NCBI GenBank assembly: GCA_041730515.1
Contig: JBGSBN010000001.1
Location: 1 to 44,208 of the forward strand
DNA length: 44,208 nucleotides
Direction: 5' to 3'
Source: Candidatus Methylacidiphilales bacterium
GTDB lineage: Bacteria > Bacteroidota > Bacteroidia > UKL13-3
Shown: piece after piece, positions 9,153-18,010 of the stretch
How the letters are laid out: the number at the start of each line of letters is the position of its first letter
How positions within the stretch are numbered: position 1 is the first letter of the stretch
The notes under the pieces: generated by a model
The model's input: the letters and a program-made list of their open reading frames with translations, nothing else
What the model was told of the DNA's origin: nothing
Databases searched by the model: none
Position numbers and translations under genes: made by a program

Positions 9153-9190
9153 AGTAAGTAATTAAATATATTCGACCAAAATTTAATTCC

Positions 9191-11890
9191 ATGAAAAAGT
9201 TTATCCAGTTTTTGTTCCTAATTTTGGTAATTGCAATTAATGCTAATGCCAATAATATCAATAAACCCATTTCATCGCAATACGGTTTTATAGAAAACAA
9301 GGGACAAATAATTGATCAAAATAACAATCCAAATCCTAGTGTTTTGTACTTGTATAATGGCAATGGCTTGCGTGTTCAATTGCGTAAAGATGGTTTTAGT
9401 TATGAAATAATAAATACCATAAAAACCCCTAAAACCATTATAGATAAAGTGCCTCATGGTAAGTTTGCTTCCGAAGCAGATTCATTTGATATTTCTTATC
9501 AAATACATAGAGTAGATATAAACTTTAAAGATGGAAACAAAAATGCTACACTAAAACCGTACCAACCTGCAAACGATTTTATAAACTATTACACAACAGG
9601 AACTAGTGAAGAAGGTGTTACCAATGTGCAACATTATCAAAAAGTAGTTTATGAAAATGTGTATCCAAATATTGATATAGAATTTGTGTTGAACGATGCA
9701 GCCAACAGAGGGAAATTTAAATACAATTTCATTGTTAAACCAAATGGAAACTTGGCTGATATAAAGCTAGCATTTTTAGGAGCAAACCGCACCAGTTTAA
9801 ACCAAGCAGGAAACATACTAATTGAAACAGCTTATGGAAACATAGAAGAAAATATTCCATTAAGTTATGTCATAAACAATAACAATTCCCATAGCACCAT
9901 AAAAGCTAATTTTACAGCACTTGATAACAATATATTTGGCTTAAATGCAGAAAACTATAATCATAACCAAACATTGGTAATTGACCCAACCAATTGGGCT
10001 ACTTATTATGGTGGTAGTGGTGAAGAATATGGTAATGAAATAGAAACAGATACCAGTGGGAATTGTTTTATAATTGGATATACTACTTCAATAAATGCTA
10101 TTGCAACATCAGGAGCACACCAATCAATTATTGGCGGAAGTGGCGATGTTTTTATAGCCAAGCTAAATGCAATTGGAACAAGGCTATGGGGTACTTATTA
10201 TGGTGGAAGTAGTGCAGATGATGGGCGTGGAATAACAATTGATGCGGGTGGAAATATTATCATAGTTGGATTTACTTATTCATCTTTATCAATTGCTTCT
10301 TTAGGTTCACACCAAACAGCTTATGGAGGTTCTTCCGATGCATTTTTAGCTAAATTCAATACCAATGGCATAAGACAATGGGCAACTTATTATGGAGGTA
10401 GTAGCACTGAGCAATGTCAAGGAGTCACAACAGATTTTATTGGAAATATTTTGATAACTGGAGCTTCTTTTTCAACTAATTCAATAGCTACATCCGGAGC
10501 ACATCAGCAAGTTAACAATGGTGGTCCTAGTAGTTCTGGCTTCGATGCTTTTATAGCTAAATTTAATAGTAATGGTGTTAGGCAATGGGGTACTTATTAT
10601 GGTGGTTATGATAAAGATTACGGAACTGATATTAAAACAGATAACAGTGGAAATGTAATTTTAATAGGATGGACTTTTTCAAATACTTTTATAGCCTCCT
10701 CTGGTGCACACCAAACCGTATATGGCGATTCTGGTGATGCTTATATAGTAAAATTTAATAGCTTAGGTGTAAGACAATGGGCTACTTATTTCGGTGGTAG
10801 TAATAATGATTATGGTAATGGAATTGCAACAGATGCTAGTGGAAATATTTTGATTACGGGATGCACAAATTCAACAAATGCTATCGCCACCACCGGGTCT
10901 CACCAACTACTAAAAGGTGTTAATCAAGATGCTTTTATAGCAAAGTTTAATACAAGTGGGATTAGGCAATGGGGTACTTATTATGGTGGAAGTGGTTATG
11001 ACGATGGAAATGGGATAACATCGGATGCAAATGGGAATATAATGATAGTTGGGAGCACACAATCCGCGACCTCAATAACCACCACCGGCTCATATCAAGC
11101 AATATTGGGTGGATTTTATGATGCTTTTATAGCCAAGTTAAATACAAGTGGTATAAGGCTTTGGGGTACTTATTATGGGGGAAGTAACTTTGATTATGGA
11201 TATGGTATAACAACCGATATAAGTGGTAATATTATAATAACTGGAGGAACTCTTTCAACAAATGGGATAGCGACATTTGGGTCATTCCAAACAATTCATG
11301 GTGGCGATCAAGATGTTTACATCGCTAAATATAGCAATACGGGCACTTTACCAATAAAACTCCTTTCATTTACAGCAACACTAGCAAACGAAAATGTACA
11401 TTGTACTTGGGAAACAGCATCAGAAATTAACAATGATTATTTTACCATAGAAAGAAGCAAGGATGGCAATGGTTTTGAAGCTGTTGGAAATATAAAAGGA
11501 CAAGAAAATTCAAACAGGAATATGCATTACAGTTACACTGATTATAATCCTTTTAGTGGCATTAGTTATTACCGTTTAAAGCAAACTGATTTTGATGGAA
11601 AATACACTTATAGCGAAATAAAAAAGGTAGGATTGGATAAAGAATTGGCATCTAAAATTTCATTGTATTACGACAATAACAATCCAATTGTTAAAATAAA
11701 TTCATTAACAAAAAGCAATACCATTATTGAACTCATTAACCTAAATGGTACAAAATTATTAAGCAACGAACAACCAATCATTAATGGAGAAAATACTTTT
11801 GCCATCAATGGGAATATAACTGCTGGTTTGTATTTATTAAAAGTGCAAGTAGAAGACGAAGTGAAGTATTTTAAAGTTTGGATAAGGTAG
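9191..11890 (+). CDS. T9SS-secreted SBBP beta-propeller repeat protein
   Basis: Signal peptide followed by an FIENKGQ N-terminal region. Seven W(A/G)TY(Y/F)GGS...DAFIAKFN repeats (SBBP type) follow. The C-terminus has a T9SS sorting domain (...GLYLLKVQVEDEVKYFKVWIR). Confidence 0.85.
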   Translation: MKKFIQFLFLILVIAINANANNINKPISSQYGFIENKGQIIDQNNNPNPSVLYLYNGNGLRVQLRKDGFSYEIINTIKTPKTIIDKVPHGKFASEADSFDISYQIHRVDINFKDGNKNATLKPYQPANDFINYYTTGTSEEGVTNVQHYQKVVYENVYPNIDIEFVLNDAANRGKFKYNFIVKPNGNLADIKLAFLGANRTSLNQAGNILIETAYGNIEENIPLSYVINNNNSHSTIKANFTALDNNIFGLNAENYNHNQTLVIDPTNWATYYGGSGEEYGNEIETDTSGNCFIIGYTTSINAIATSGAHQSIIGGSGDVFIAKLNAIGTRLWGTYYGGSSADDGRGITIDAGGNIIIVGFTYSSLSIASLGSHQTAYGGSSDAFLAKFNTNGIRQWATYYGGSSTEQCQGVTTDFIGNILITGASFSTNSIATSGAHQQVNNGGPSSSGFDAFIAKFNSNGVRQWGTYYGGYDKDYGTDIKTDNSGNVILIGWTFSNTFIASSGAHQTVYGDSGDAYIVKFNSLGVRQWATYFGGSNNDYGNGIATDASGNILITGCTNSTNAIATTGSHQLLKGVNQDAFIAKFNTSGIRQWGTYYGGSGYDDGNGITSDANGNIMIVGSTQSATSITTTGSYQAILGGFYDAFIAKLNTSGIRLWGTYYGGSNFDYGYGITTDISGNIIITGGTLSTNGIATFGSFQTIHGGDQDVYIAKYSNTGTLPIKLLSFTATLANENVHCTWETASEINNDYFTIERSKDGNGFEAVGNIKGQENSNRNMHYSYTDYNPFSGISYYRLKQTDFDGKYTYSEIKKVGLDKELASKISLYYDNNNPIVKINSLTKSNTIIELINLNGTKLLSNEQPIINGENTFAINGNITAGLYLLKVQVEDEVKYFKVWIR
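9995..11343 (+). repeat. Seven tandem ~180-195 nt coding repeats (SBBP blades)
   Basis: The word ggtacttattatggtgg and the DAFIAKFN-coding segments recur at roughly regular spacing, in frame, inside the CDS. Confidence 0.8.
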
Positions 11891-12194
11891 AAAACGTCAA
11901 AGTTTAATCAAACAATAAGTCTGTTAAAGATTAGGGTCAGTTAAAATGCTAATAGTAAGATAAAAACAAAAATTGCCAGTCATTCCGTAGGAATCTTCCT
12001 TGATAACTTACACCATTGAATTAAACAATAAATTTTGTAAAATAAATGTTTGGTTAAGTCTAGGAATTCCGCTTAGCGGGACTTCGGAACGACTCAACAT
12101 CATTTTATATTGATTTTTTTGAAAAAATTATCTATTGTAATTGCTGAAATAGAAAGACATTGAACTATCAGTCCAACAATCAATAAATTGACCA

Positions 12195-12202
12195 TATATT
12201 TG
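12195..12202 (+). promoter_or_regulatory. -7 motif TAnnTTTG (TAtaTTTG)
   Basis: Exact motif ending 8 nt before the ATG at 12210. This implies a very short or absent leader. Confidence 0.35.
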
Positions 12203-12209
12203 TATTGAA

Positions 12210-12455
12210 ATGAGTGAAATTGAAATATATAAATCTGCTGACGATGCAATTGAACTTCAAGTAAGTTTTGATGATGACACTGTGTGGTTAAATCGTCATC
12301 AATTAGCTTTTCTTTTTGACAGAGATGTAAAAACGATTGGTAAGCATATCAAAAATATTTTTGATGAAAAAGAATTAGATAACAATTCAACTGTCGCAAA
12401 ATTTGCGACAGTTCAAATGGAAGGTGAAAGAGAAATAAAACACCATTCTCAATAA
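12210..12455 (+). pseudogene. Truncated RhuM-family N-terminal fragment (81 aa), or a stand-alone N-domain protein
   Basis: It aligns with the first ~80 aa of the next gene (MSEIEIYK...DDTVWL...VQMEGERE versus MSEIEIYK...DETVWA...VQIEGKRS). It stops just before the conserved YNLD...SVGYR core. Confidence 0.55.
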
Positions 12456-12465
12456 TTTGAAAAAG

Positions 12466-13449
12466 ATGAGTGAAATTGAAATATATAAAACAGCAAGTGG
12501 TGTACAAATTGAAATTAAATTTGAAGACGAAACCGTATGGGCTACTCAAAAACAAATAGCCGAAATATTTCAAACCACCCCTCAAAACATTACACTTCAT
12601 TTAAAAAAAATTTATGCTATTGGCGAAGTTGAAATGATTTCAACTTGTAAGGAATACTTACAAGTTCAAATAGAAGGAAAAAGGTCTGTTGAAAGAAAAC
12701 AAACTTTTTATAATTTAGATGCTATTTTATCGGTCGGTTATAGAATAAACTCTATTAGAGGCACTCAATTCCGACAATGGGCAACCCAACGTTTGAAAGA
12801 CTATTTGGTGCAAGGATATGCAATAAATGAAAAACGGTTAAAAGAATCCAATAGTAAATTACAAGATTTACAAAAAGCCATTACTTTAGCTGTGAAAGCG
12901 GGAAATAGCGAAAACCTAACTTCAACAGAAGCAAAAGGTATTTTAAGTGTATTGGAGCAATATGCTTATGCTTTGGATTTATTAGACAAATATGACCATC
13001 AAAGTCTCACCATTGATGTTTCAGAGAATGCAAGCACAGAAATTAAGAAACTAACTTATGAAAAAGCAATAGAACAAATCAATATTTGGAGAAATTATCA
13101 GCAAGCTGGTAAGTTATTTGGTAATGAAAAAGACCAGTCTTTTAAAAGCTCGTTAGAAACCATTTACCAAACTTTTGATAATATTGATTTATATCCAAGT
13201 TTGGAGGAAAAAGCAGTGAATTTATTATACTTTATAGTTAAAAATCACTCTTTTTCTGATGGAAACAAACGAATTGCAGCTGGATTATTCATCTACTTTT
13301 TAGATTTAAACAACAAGCTTTATAATAGTTTAGGGACCAAAATTATTGGAGATAACGCCTTGGTAGCAATAACTATAATGATTGCTGAAAGCAAAACAGA
13401 AGAAAAAGATATGATGGTTAAATTGGTAGTTAACTTAATAAATAATTGA
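12466..13449 (+). CDS. RhuM-family N-terminal module fused to a Fic/Doc domain
   Basis: RhuM core FYNLDAILSVGYRINSIRGTQFRQWATQRLKDYL. Fic/Doc active-site motif HSFSDGNKRIAAG at nt 13246-13272. I prefer the ATG at 12466 over the TTG at 12457. Confidence 0.8.
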   Translation: MSEIEIYKTASGVQIEIKFEDETVWATQKQIAEIFQTTPQNITLHLKKIYAIGEVEMISTCKEYLQVQIEGKRSVERKQTFYNLDAILSVGYRINSIRGTQFRQWATQRLKDYLVQGYAINEKRLKESNSKLQDLQKAITLAVKAGNSENLTSTEAKGILSVLEQYAYALDLLDKYDHQSLTIDVSENASTEIKKLTYEKAIEQINIWRNYQQAGKLFGNEKDQSFKSSLETIYQTFDNIDLYPSLEEKAVNLLYFIVKNHSFSDGNKRIAAGLFIYFLDLNNKLYNSLGTKIIGDNALVAITIMIAESKTEEKDMMVKLVVNLINN

Positions 13450-13570
13450 TATTGTTTTCAATAAATAAATTTATTTCTCATCATTTTCAATCGTATATTT
13501 TGTTAAACAAGTATGCTTAAATGTGAGCAAAGCTTAGCATAAGGCTTTGTGGTAAAAAAAGTTTAGGCAT

Positions 13571-13578
13571 TAATTTTG
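13571..13578 (+). promoter_or_regulatory. -7 motif TAnnTTTG (TAatTTTG)
   Basis: Exact motif 25 nt upstream of the ATG at 13604. Confidence 0.4.
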
Positions 13579-13603
13579 TTGATTACGAATTTTATTGATT
13601 GAT

Positions 13604-15220
13604 ATGAAGTACATTTTTAATATATTATTGTGTTTATTGAGCTTTGCGGTCTTTGCACAAAATGAGGTAAAACCTAAATTAACCGTGGAGCAATACATTG
13701 AAAAGTATTCGGCAATGGCAATTGAAGAAATGTACCGCAGTCATATTCCTGCAAGTATTACTTTGGCTCAAGGTATATTAGAAAGTGGTAATGGCAATAG
13801 CCGCTTGGCTACCCAAGCCAATAATCATTTTGGTATAAAATGTAAAACTACTTGGAAAGGACAAACCATGTACGAAGATGATGATGCACCGCAAGAATGT
13901 TTTAGAAAATACGATGCAGCTATTGATAGTTACCGCGATCATTCTGATTTTTTGATGAACAATAAAAGGTATGCATTTTTATTTGATTTAGATAGTAAAG
14001 ATTACAAAGGTTGGGCCTTTGGGCTTAAAAAAGCAGGCTATGCCACCAATCCCCAATATCCTGAACTGCTCATTACTTTTATTGAAAAACATGGTTTGCA
14101 TAAATACGATGAAGTAAAAAGAAGTGAGGAAGAAGAAAAAGAACTTGCCGAAGAAAAGGCCGAAATAGTAAAAACTTATGGTAAAGAATTGATGATAAAT
14201 GGCGTGCCAGCTATTATTGCCAAGGCCAACGAAAGTTTTGCTCAAATTGCCTTGAACTACGACATAAAAGTGTACCATTTATATAAGTGCAACGATTTGC
14301 AAAAGGATGACGAATGCCATGAAGGTGATACCATTTACTTAAAAAATAAAAAAAATAAGGCCGAAATAGAAACTTGTGTATTAGGCAAAGGCGATAATAT
14401 CCATCAAATTTCTCAGCGTTATGCAGTTAAGTTAGATAAAATACTTTCTCGTAATAATTTAGTTTTAAACCAACAGCCAGCTGTAGGACAAACCATTTAC
14501 TTAAACAACAAACGCCCCGATAATATAATATTGGCCGATACAGCAATTCAGCGCGATTCTATTCGAATTGTGCAAACTGAAACTGCTAATAATATTATAA
14601 AAGTAGATACCATAGTAATGAATGAAACAGTTTACGAAGATCCTAAAAAGAACATTGAAACCATGTTTCCAACTAACGAAAATACCCTAAGTTATTTTGA
14701 TACTTTGGAGGAAAAAAAATCGGAATTATCGTTTTTTCATACTGTACAGGCAGGCGAAACTTTATACAGCATAGCTAAAAAATACAATGTAAAAGTAGAT
14801 GCATTGCAGTTTTTAAATGCCATGAAAAATAACAATATCGAAATTGGCCAAAAATTAATTATTAATCCTAATTTACCAAGTGCCGATACCAAAGAACCTC
14901 AGCCAGTGCCGGGCTTTCATATTGTTCGCCATGGCGAAACCTTGTTTTCTATCTCTAAAATGTATAATATTTCAATAGCTGATTTAAAAGCCATTAATAC
15001 CTTAACTAATAATGATATAAAAATTGATCAACGCTTAGTTATTGTTCCAGTAAAAAACGGAGAAAGCAGCAAAGAAAATGAAAGTGTATTTTATGCGGCC
15101 GAAAAAGGAGAAACCCTTTTTTCAATCAGCAAAAAGTTTAATATATCAATTATAGAGTTAAAGCGTTTAAATAAGCAAATAAGCCAATTAAAGGAAGGCG
15201 ATAAACTTAGAATTAGGTAA
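13604..15220 (+). CDS. Secreted glucosaminidase-domain (FlgJ/muramidase-like) protein with 4-5 LysM domains
   Basis: Signal peptide MKYIFNILLCLLSFAVFAQ. Glucosaminidase motifs ITLAQGILESGNGNSRLA, NNHFGIK and GYATNPQY. Repeated LysM units of the form H.V..GETL.SI.KK.N....L...N. Confidence 0.85.
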   Translation: MKYIFNILLCLLSFAVFAQNEVKPKLTVEQYIEKYSAMAIEEMYRSHIPASITLAQGILESGNGNSRLATQANNHFGIKCKTTWKGQTMYEDDDAPQECFRKYDAAIDSYRDHSDFLMNNKRYAFLFDLDSKDYKGWAFGLKKAGYATNPQYPELLITFIEKHGLHKYDEVKRSEEEEKELAEEKAEIVKTYGKELMINGVPAIIAKANESFAQIALNYDIKVYHLYKCNDLQKDDECHEGDTIYLKNKKNKAEIETCVLGKGDNIHQISQRYAVKLDKILSRNNLVLNQQPAVGQTIYLNNKRPDNIILADTAIQRDSIRIVQTETANNIIKVDTIVMNETVYEDPKKNIETMFPTNENTLSYFDTLEEKKSELSFFHTVQAGETLYSIAKKYNVKVDALQFLNAMKNNNIEIGQKLIINPNLPSADTKEPQPVPGFHIVRHGETLFSISKMYNISIADLKAINTLTNNDIKIDQRLVIVPVKNGESSKENESVFYAAEKGETLFSISKKFNISIIELKRLNKQISQLKEGDKLRIR

Positions 15221-15311
15221 AAAAATACAAATATGCCCAATGCAACTATTTTTACTTTGCTTAAATCAATCAAATCATTATCATTGTAATTATTAATAAA
15301 ACCCATCAATA

Positions 15312-16013
15312 ATGAAAAAAATATATTTTACAGTAATTAGTACTTTGTTATTTATTGGTGCTCAGGCACAAATATCGTACGGCTTTGATTACAAACAGAA
15401 TTATGAAAGCTTTACTGATAGAGACGCAGCTTCAAGTATCACCATTGCTTTGTATAACGACAATCAAGATAGTACTACTCGTCCATATTCTGCCATTTTA
15501 TCGGTAATTGATAATACCACAAAACCAAGTTTAAATGCATTAAATAAAACGCATTTTGATATGCCTGCGCAGCAAAAAATTGAGTTTGCTCCTGGTCAAA
15601 AAGGATTTAGAAACATTATTAATGTGCCAATTAAACCAATAGCCGACCCAGTATTTTGGGGTCAAAGAGTTTTTGAACTTAATTTAGGAACACTTGAAGG
15701 TTTTGATGTTGGCGATTTGGTGAACGGCTTTGAATATTTAACCATTGTAATAGATTACGATGGATCTAAAATTGGTGTGCCAAGAGTTAATAAAACCATG
15801 TTTACCATTTACCCTAATCCAAGTTCAAATAATATTTATGTAGCTGGTGTGGCTTGTCAAAGTATTCAAATTCTAGATTTAATGGGTAAAGTAGTTTTAG
15901 AACAAAACTTACCAAGTAATCAAATAAATATAGAAACATTGCCTGCAGGTATTTATGTTTTAAATGCCATGAGCGATAAAGGATTGGTGGTTCAAAAAAT
16001 TGTGAAACAATAA
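15312..16013 (+). CDS. Small T9SS-secreted protein of unknown function
   Basis: Signal peptide ending GAQAQ. C-terminal ~75 aa T9SS sorting domain (FTIYPNPSSNNIYV...LPAGIYVLNAMSDKGLVVQKIVKQ). Confidence 0.7.
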   Translation: MKKIYFTVISTLLFIGAQAQISYGFDYKQNYESFTDRDAASSITIALYNDNQDSTTRPYSAILSVIDNTTKPSLNALNKTHFDMPAQQKIEFAPGQKGFRNIINVPIKPIADPVFWGQRVFELNLGTLEGFDVGDLVNGFEYLTIVIDYDGSKIGVPRVNKTMFTIYPNPSSNNIYVAGVACQSIQILDLMGKVVLEQNLPSNQINIETLPAGIYVLNAMSDKGLVVQKIVKQ

Positions 16014-16030
16014 GTTATAAAAAAATATTG

Positions 16031-16064
16031 AAAAGCCGGAGTTTTATAAACTTCGGCTTTTTTT
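16031..16064 (+). terminator. Rho-independent terminator
   Basis: Stem aaaagccggag/cttcggctttt (one G-U pair) followed by a T-run. Confidence 0.7.
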
Positions 16065-16100
16065 ATGTTCATTACTTAATAATTATTTTATTTTTACAGC

Positions 16101-17897
16101 ATGCAACAACCTTGGTTTATTATTGATTTTGATAGCACATTTACGCAAGTAGAAGCTATGGAAGAATTGGCTGCTATTAGTTTAAAAAACGATCCTGAAA
16201 AAGAAGCAATTATTGAACAAATTAAGCATTTAACCGATTTGGCTATGGATGGTAAAATGCCATTTAATAAATCGCTAAAGGCTCGAATTGCTTTGCTTTC
16301 GGCTAAAAAATACCATATAAACATGTTGGTAAATAAGTTGCGTAAAAAGGTTTCGCCCTCTTTTGCTCGCAACAAAGAGTTTTTTAAAAAATACCAAGGT
16401 AGGGTTTTAATTGTTTCAGGGGGATTTAAAGAATTTATTGCTCCGGTAGTTAAAAGTTTTTTTATTGAAGAAGATTGTATTTATGCCAATACTTTTATTT
16501 ACGATAAAAAAAATAATATCATTGGTTCTGATGAAGAAAATCCATTGGCGCAAGAAGGAGGCAAAGTAAAATTATTAAAGCAATTAAAGTTAAAAGGGCA
16601 AGTAATAGCCATTGGTGATGGTTATACCGACTACCAAATGCGCGAAAGTGGAATGGCTGAACAGTTTTTTGCTTTTACCGAAAATATAGCTCGTGAACGT
16701 GTATTAGCCAAAGCAGATTATATAGCTCCAAGCTTAGATGAAATATTGTATAAAATGAAATTGCCTATGGCACTTTCGTACCCTAAAAGTCGCATAAATG
16801 CAGTACTTTTGGGTAAAGAAACCTTTGCCTCAGAACCTTATTTTAAATTAGAAGGATATAATGTTATTAAACGTGAATCATTAACTAATAAAGCAATAGT
16901 CGATTTGAATAATGCCTCTATCCTTGTTTCATCCTTAAATCAAGAAATTTCAAATTTAAATACATTCACCAAATTGATTTGTTTGGCGGTTTGGGGTACT
17001 AATAACCATCAGTTCAATGCATCTATTGCGCAGCAAATGGCAGTGCCTATTTTTAGTTCGCCTTTTGCCAATACACGCAGTGTGGTTGAACTGGGTTTGG
17101 GTTTTATATTTCAACTTTCAAGACAATCTAAATCAGAACTTAGAGGCAAAAAAATTGGAATAATTGGGTATGGAAATGCGGGAAGTTTAATGGGTGTATT
17201 AGCTCAAAATTTAGGTATGGATGTGCTTTATTTTGACGAAAAAGACCGGGCGCCACTGGGAAATGCCATGGCTTGTAAGTCGGTAATCGATTTACTAAAA
17301 AAATCAAACTATGTTGTTTTGCTTCAAAGTAAAAATGCTGGAACTATTTTGGCCGAAAGGGAGTTAAAGCAAATGCAGCCAAATGCATGTTTAATTAATT
17401 TAAGTTACGATAATTCAGTATCAGTTCAAACAGCGGTAAAGTTGGTTCAGCAAAAAAAACTGCTTGGTTTTGCTATGGATTTTCAGCAAGAAGAAAATTA
17501 CCTTAAAATAAAGCAAAACAGCCAAATTATTACCACGCTTCACCAGCGCAATAGCACTGTTGAAACACAGCAAAACATTGCCAGTTTTACTAGCGAAAAA
17601 ATTATTCAATACATTAATACAGGTAATTTAAGCCGAAGTTTAAATTTTCCTGATATTCAATTACCGGCCTTGCAAGGCTCGCATCGATTCATTCATATTC
17701 ATAAAAATAAACCTGGGTTATTAGCTAAAATAAACGCTGTTTTGGCCAAACACAAAATAAATATAACTGGGCAATATTTAAAAACAAACGAAACACTGGG
17801 TTATGTAATTACAGATGTTGCAAAAAAATATGATAATGAGGTGATTAGTGAATTGAAAAAAATAGACGCTACCATTAAATTCAGGGTGATTTATTAG
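16101..17897 (+). CDS. Fusion of a HAD-IB phosphoserine-phosphatase-like domain with an E. coli-type D-3-phosphoglycerate dehydrogenase-like domain and ACT domain
   Basis: N-terminal HAD motifs DFDST, VSGG and GDGYTDYQM. The middle and C-terminal part has PFANTRSV, the NAD motif GIIGYGNAGS, and an ACT-like tail HRFIHIHKNKPGLLAKINAVLA...GYVITDV. Confidence 0.75.
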   Translation: MQQPWFIIDFDSTFTQVEAMEELAAISLKNDPEKEAIIEQIKHLTDLAMDGKMPFNKSLKARIALLSAKKYHINMLVNKLRKKVSPSFARNKEFFKKYQGRVLIVSGGFKEFIAPVVKSFFIEEDCIYANTFIYDKKNNIIGSDEENPLAQEGGKVKLLKQLKLKGQVIAIGDGYTDYQMRESGMAEQFFAFTENIARERVLAKADYIAPSLDEILYKMKLPMALSYPKSRINAVLLGKETFASEPYFKLEGYNVIKRESLTNKAIVDLNNASILVSSLNQEISNLNTFTKLICLAVWGTNNHQFNASIAQQMAVPIFSSPFANTRSVVELGLGFIFQLSRQSKSELRGKKIGIIGYGNAGSLMGVLAQNLGMDVLYFDEKDRAPLGNAMACKSVIDLLKKSNYVVLLQSKNAGTILAERELKQMQPNACLINLSYDNSVSVQTAVKLVQQKKLLGFAMDFQQEENYLKIKQNSQIITTLHQRNSTVETQQNIASFTSEKIIQYINTGNLSRSLNFPDIQLPALQGSHRFIHIHKNKPGLLAKINAVLAKHKINITGQYLKTNETLGYVITDVAKKYDNEVISELKKIDATIKFRVIY

Positions 17898-18010
17898 TGT
17901 AAATTAAACTTTTACGAAATATTTTATACTAAAACAGTTATTATTGCCTTTGTTCTATTTTAAACTAAAAAAACAATAGTAAAACTACTACTCTATATTT
18001 ATATTTATTA

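Noticed and set aside
9995-11343. Regularly spaced DNA repeats that could be mistaken for a CRISPR-like or satellite array
   Set aside because: The repeats are about 180-195 nt, in frame, and encode SBBP propeller blades. There is no short repeat-spacer architecture.
12349-12600. 83-aa minus-strand ORF spanning the junction of the two RhuM-type ORFs
   Set aside because: It is antisense to two ORFs that have mutual homology and RhuM motifs.
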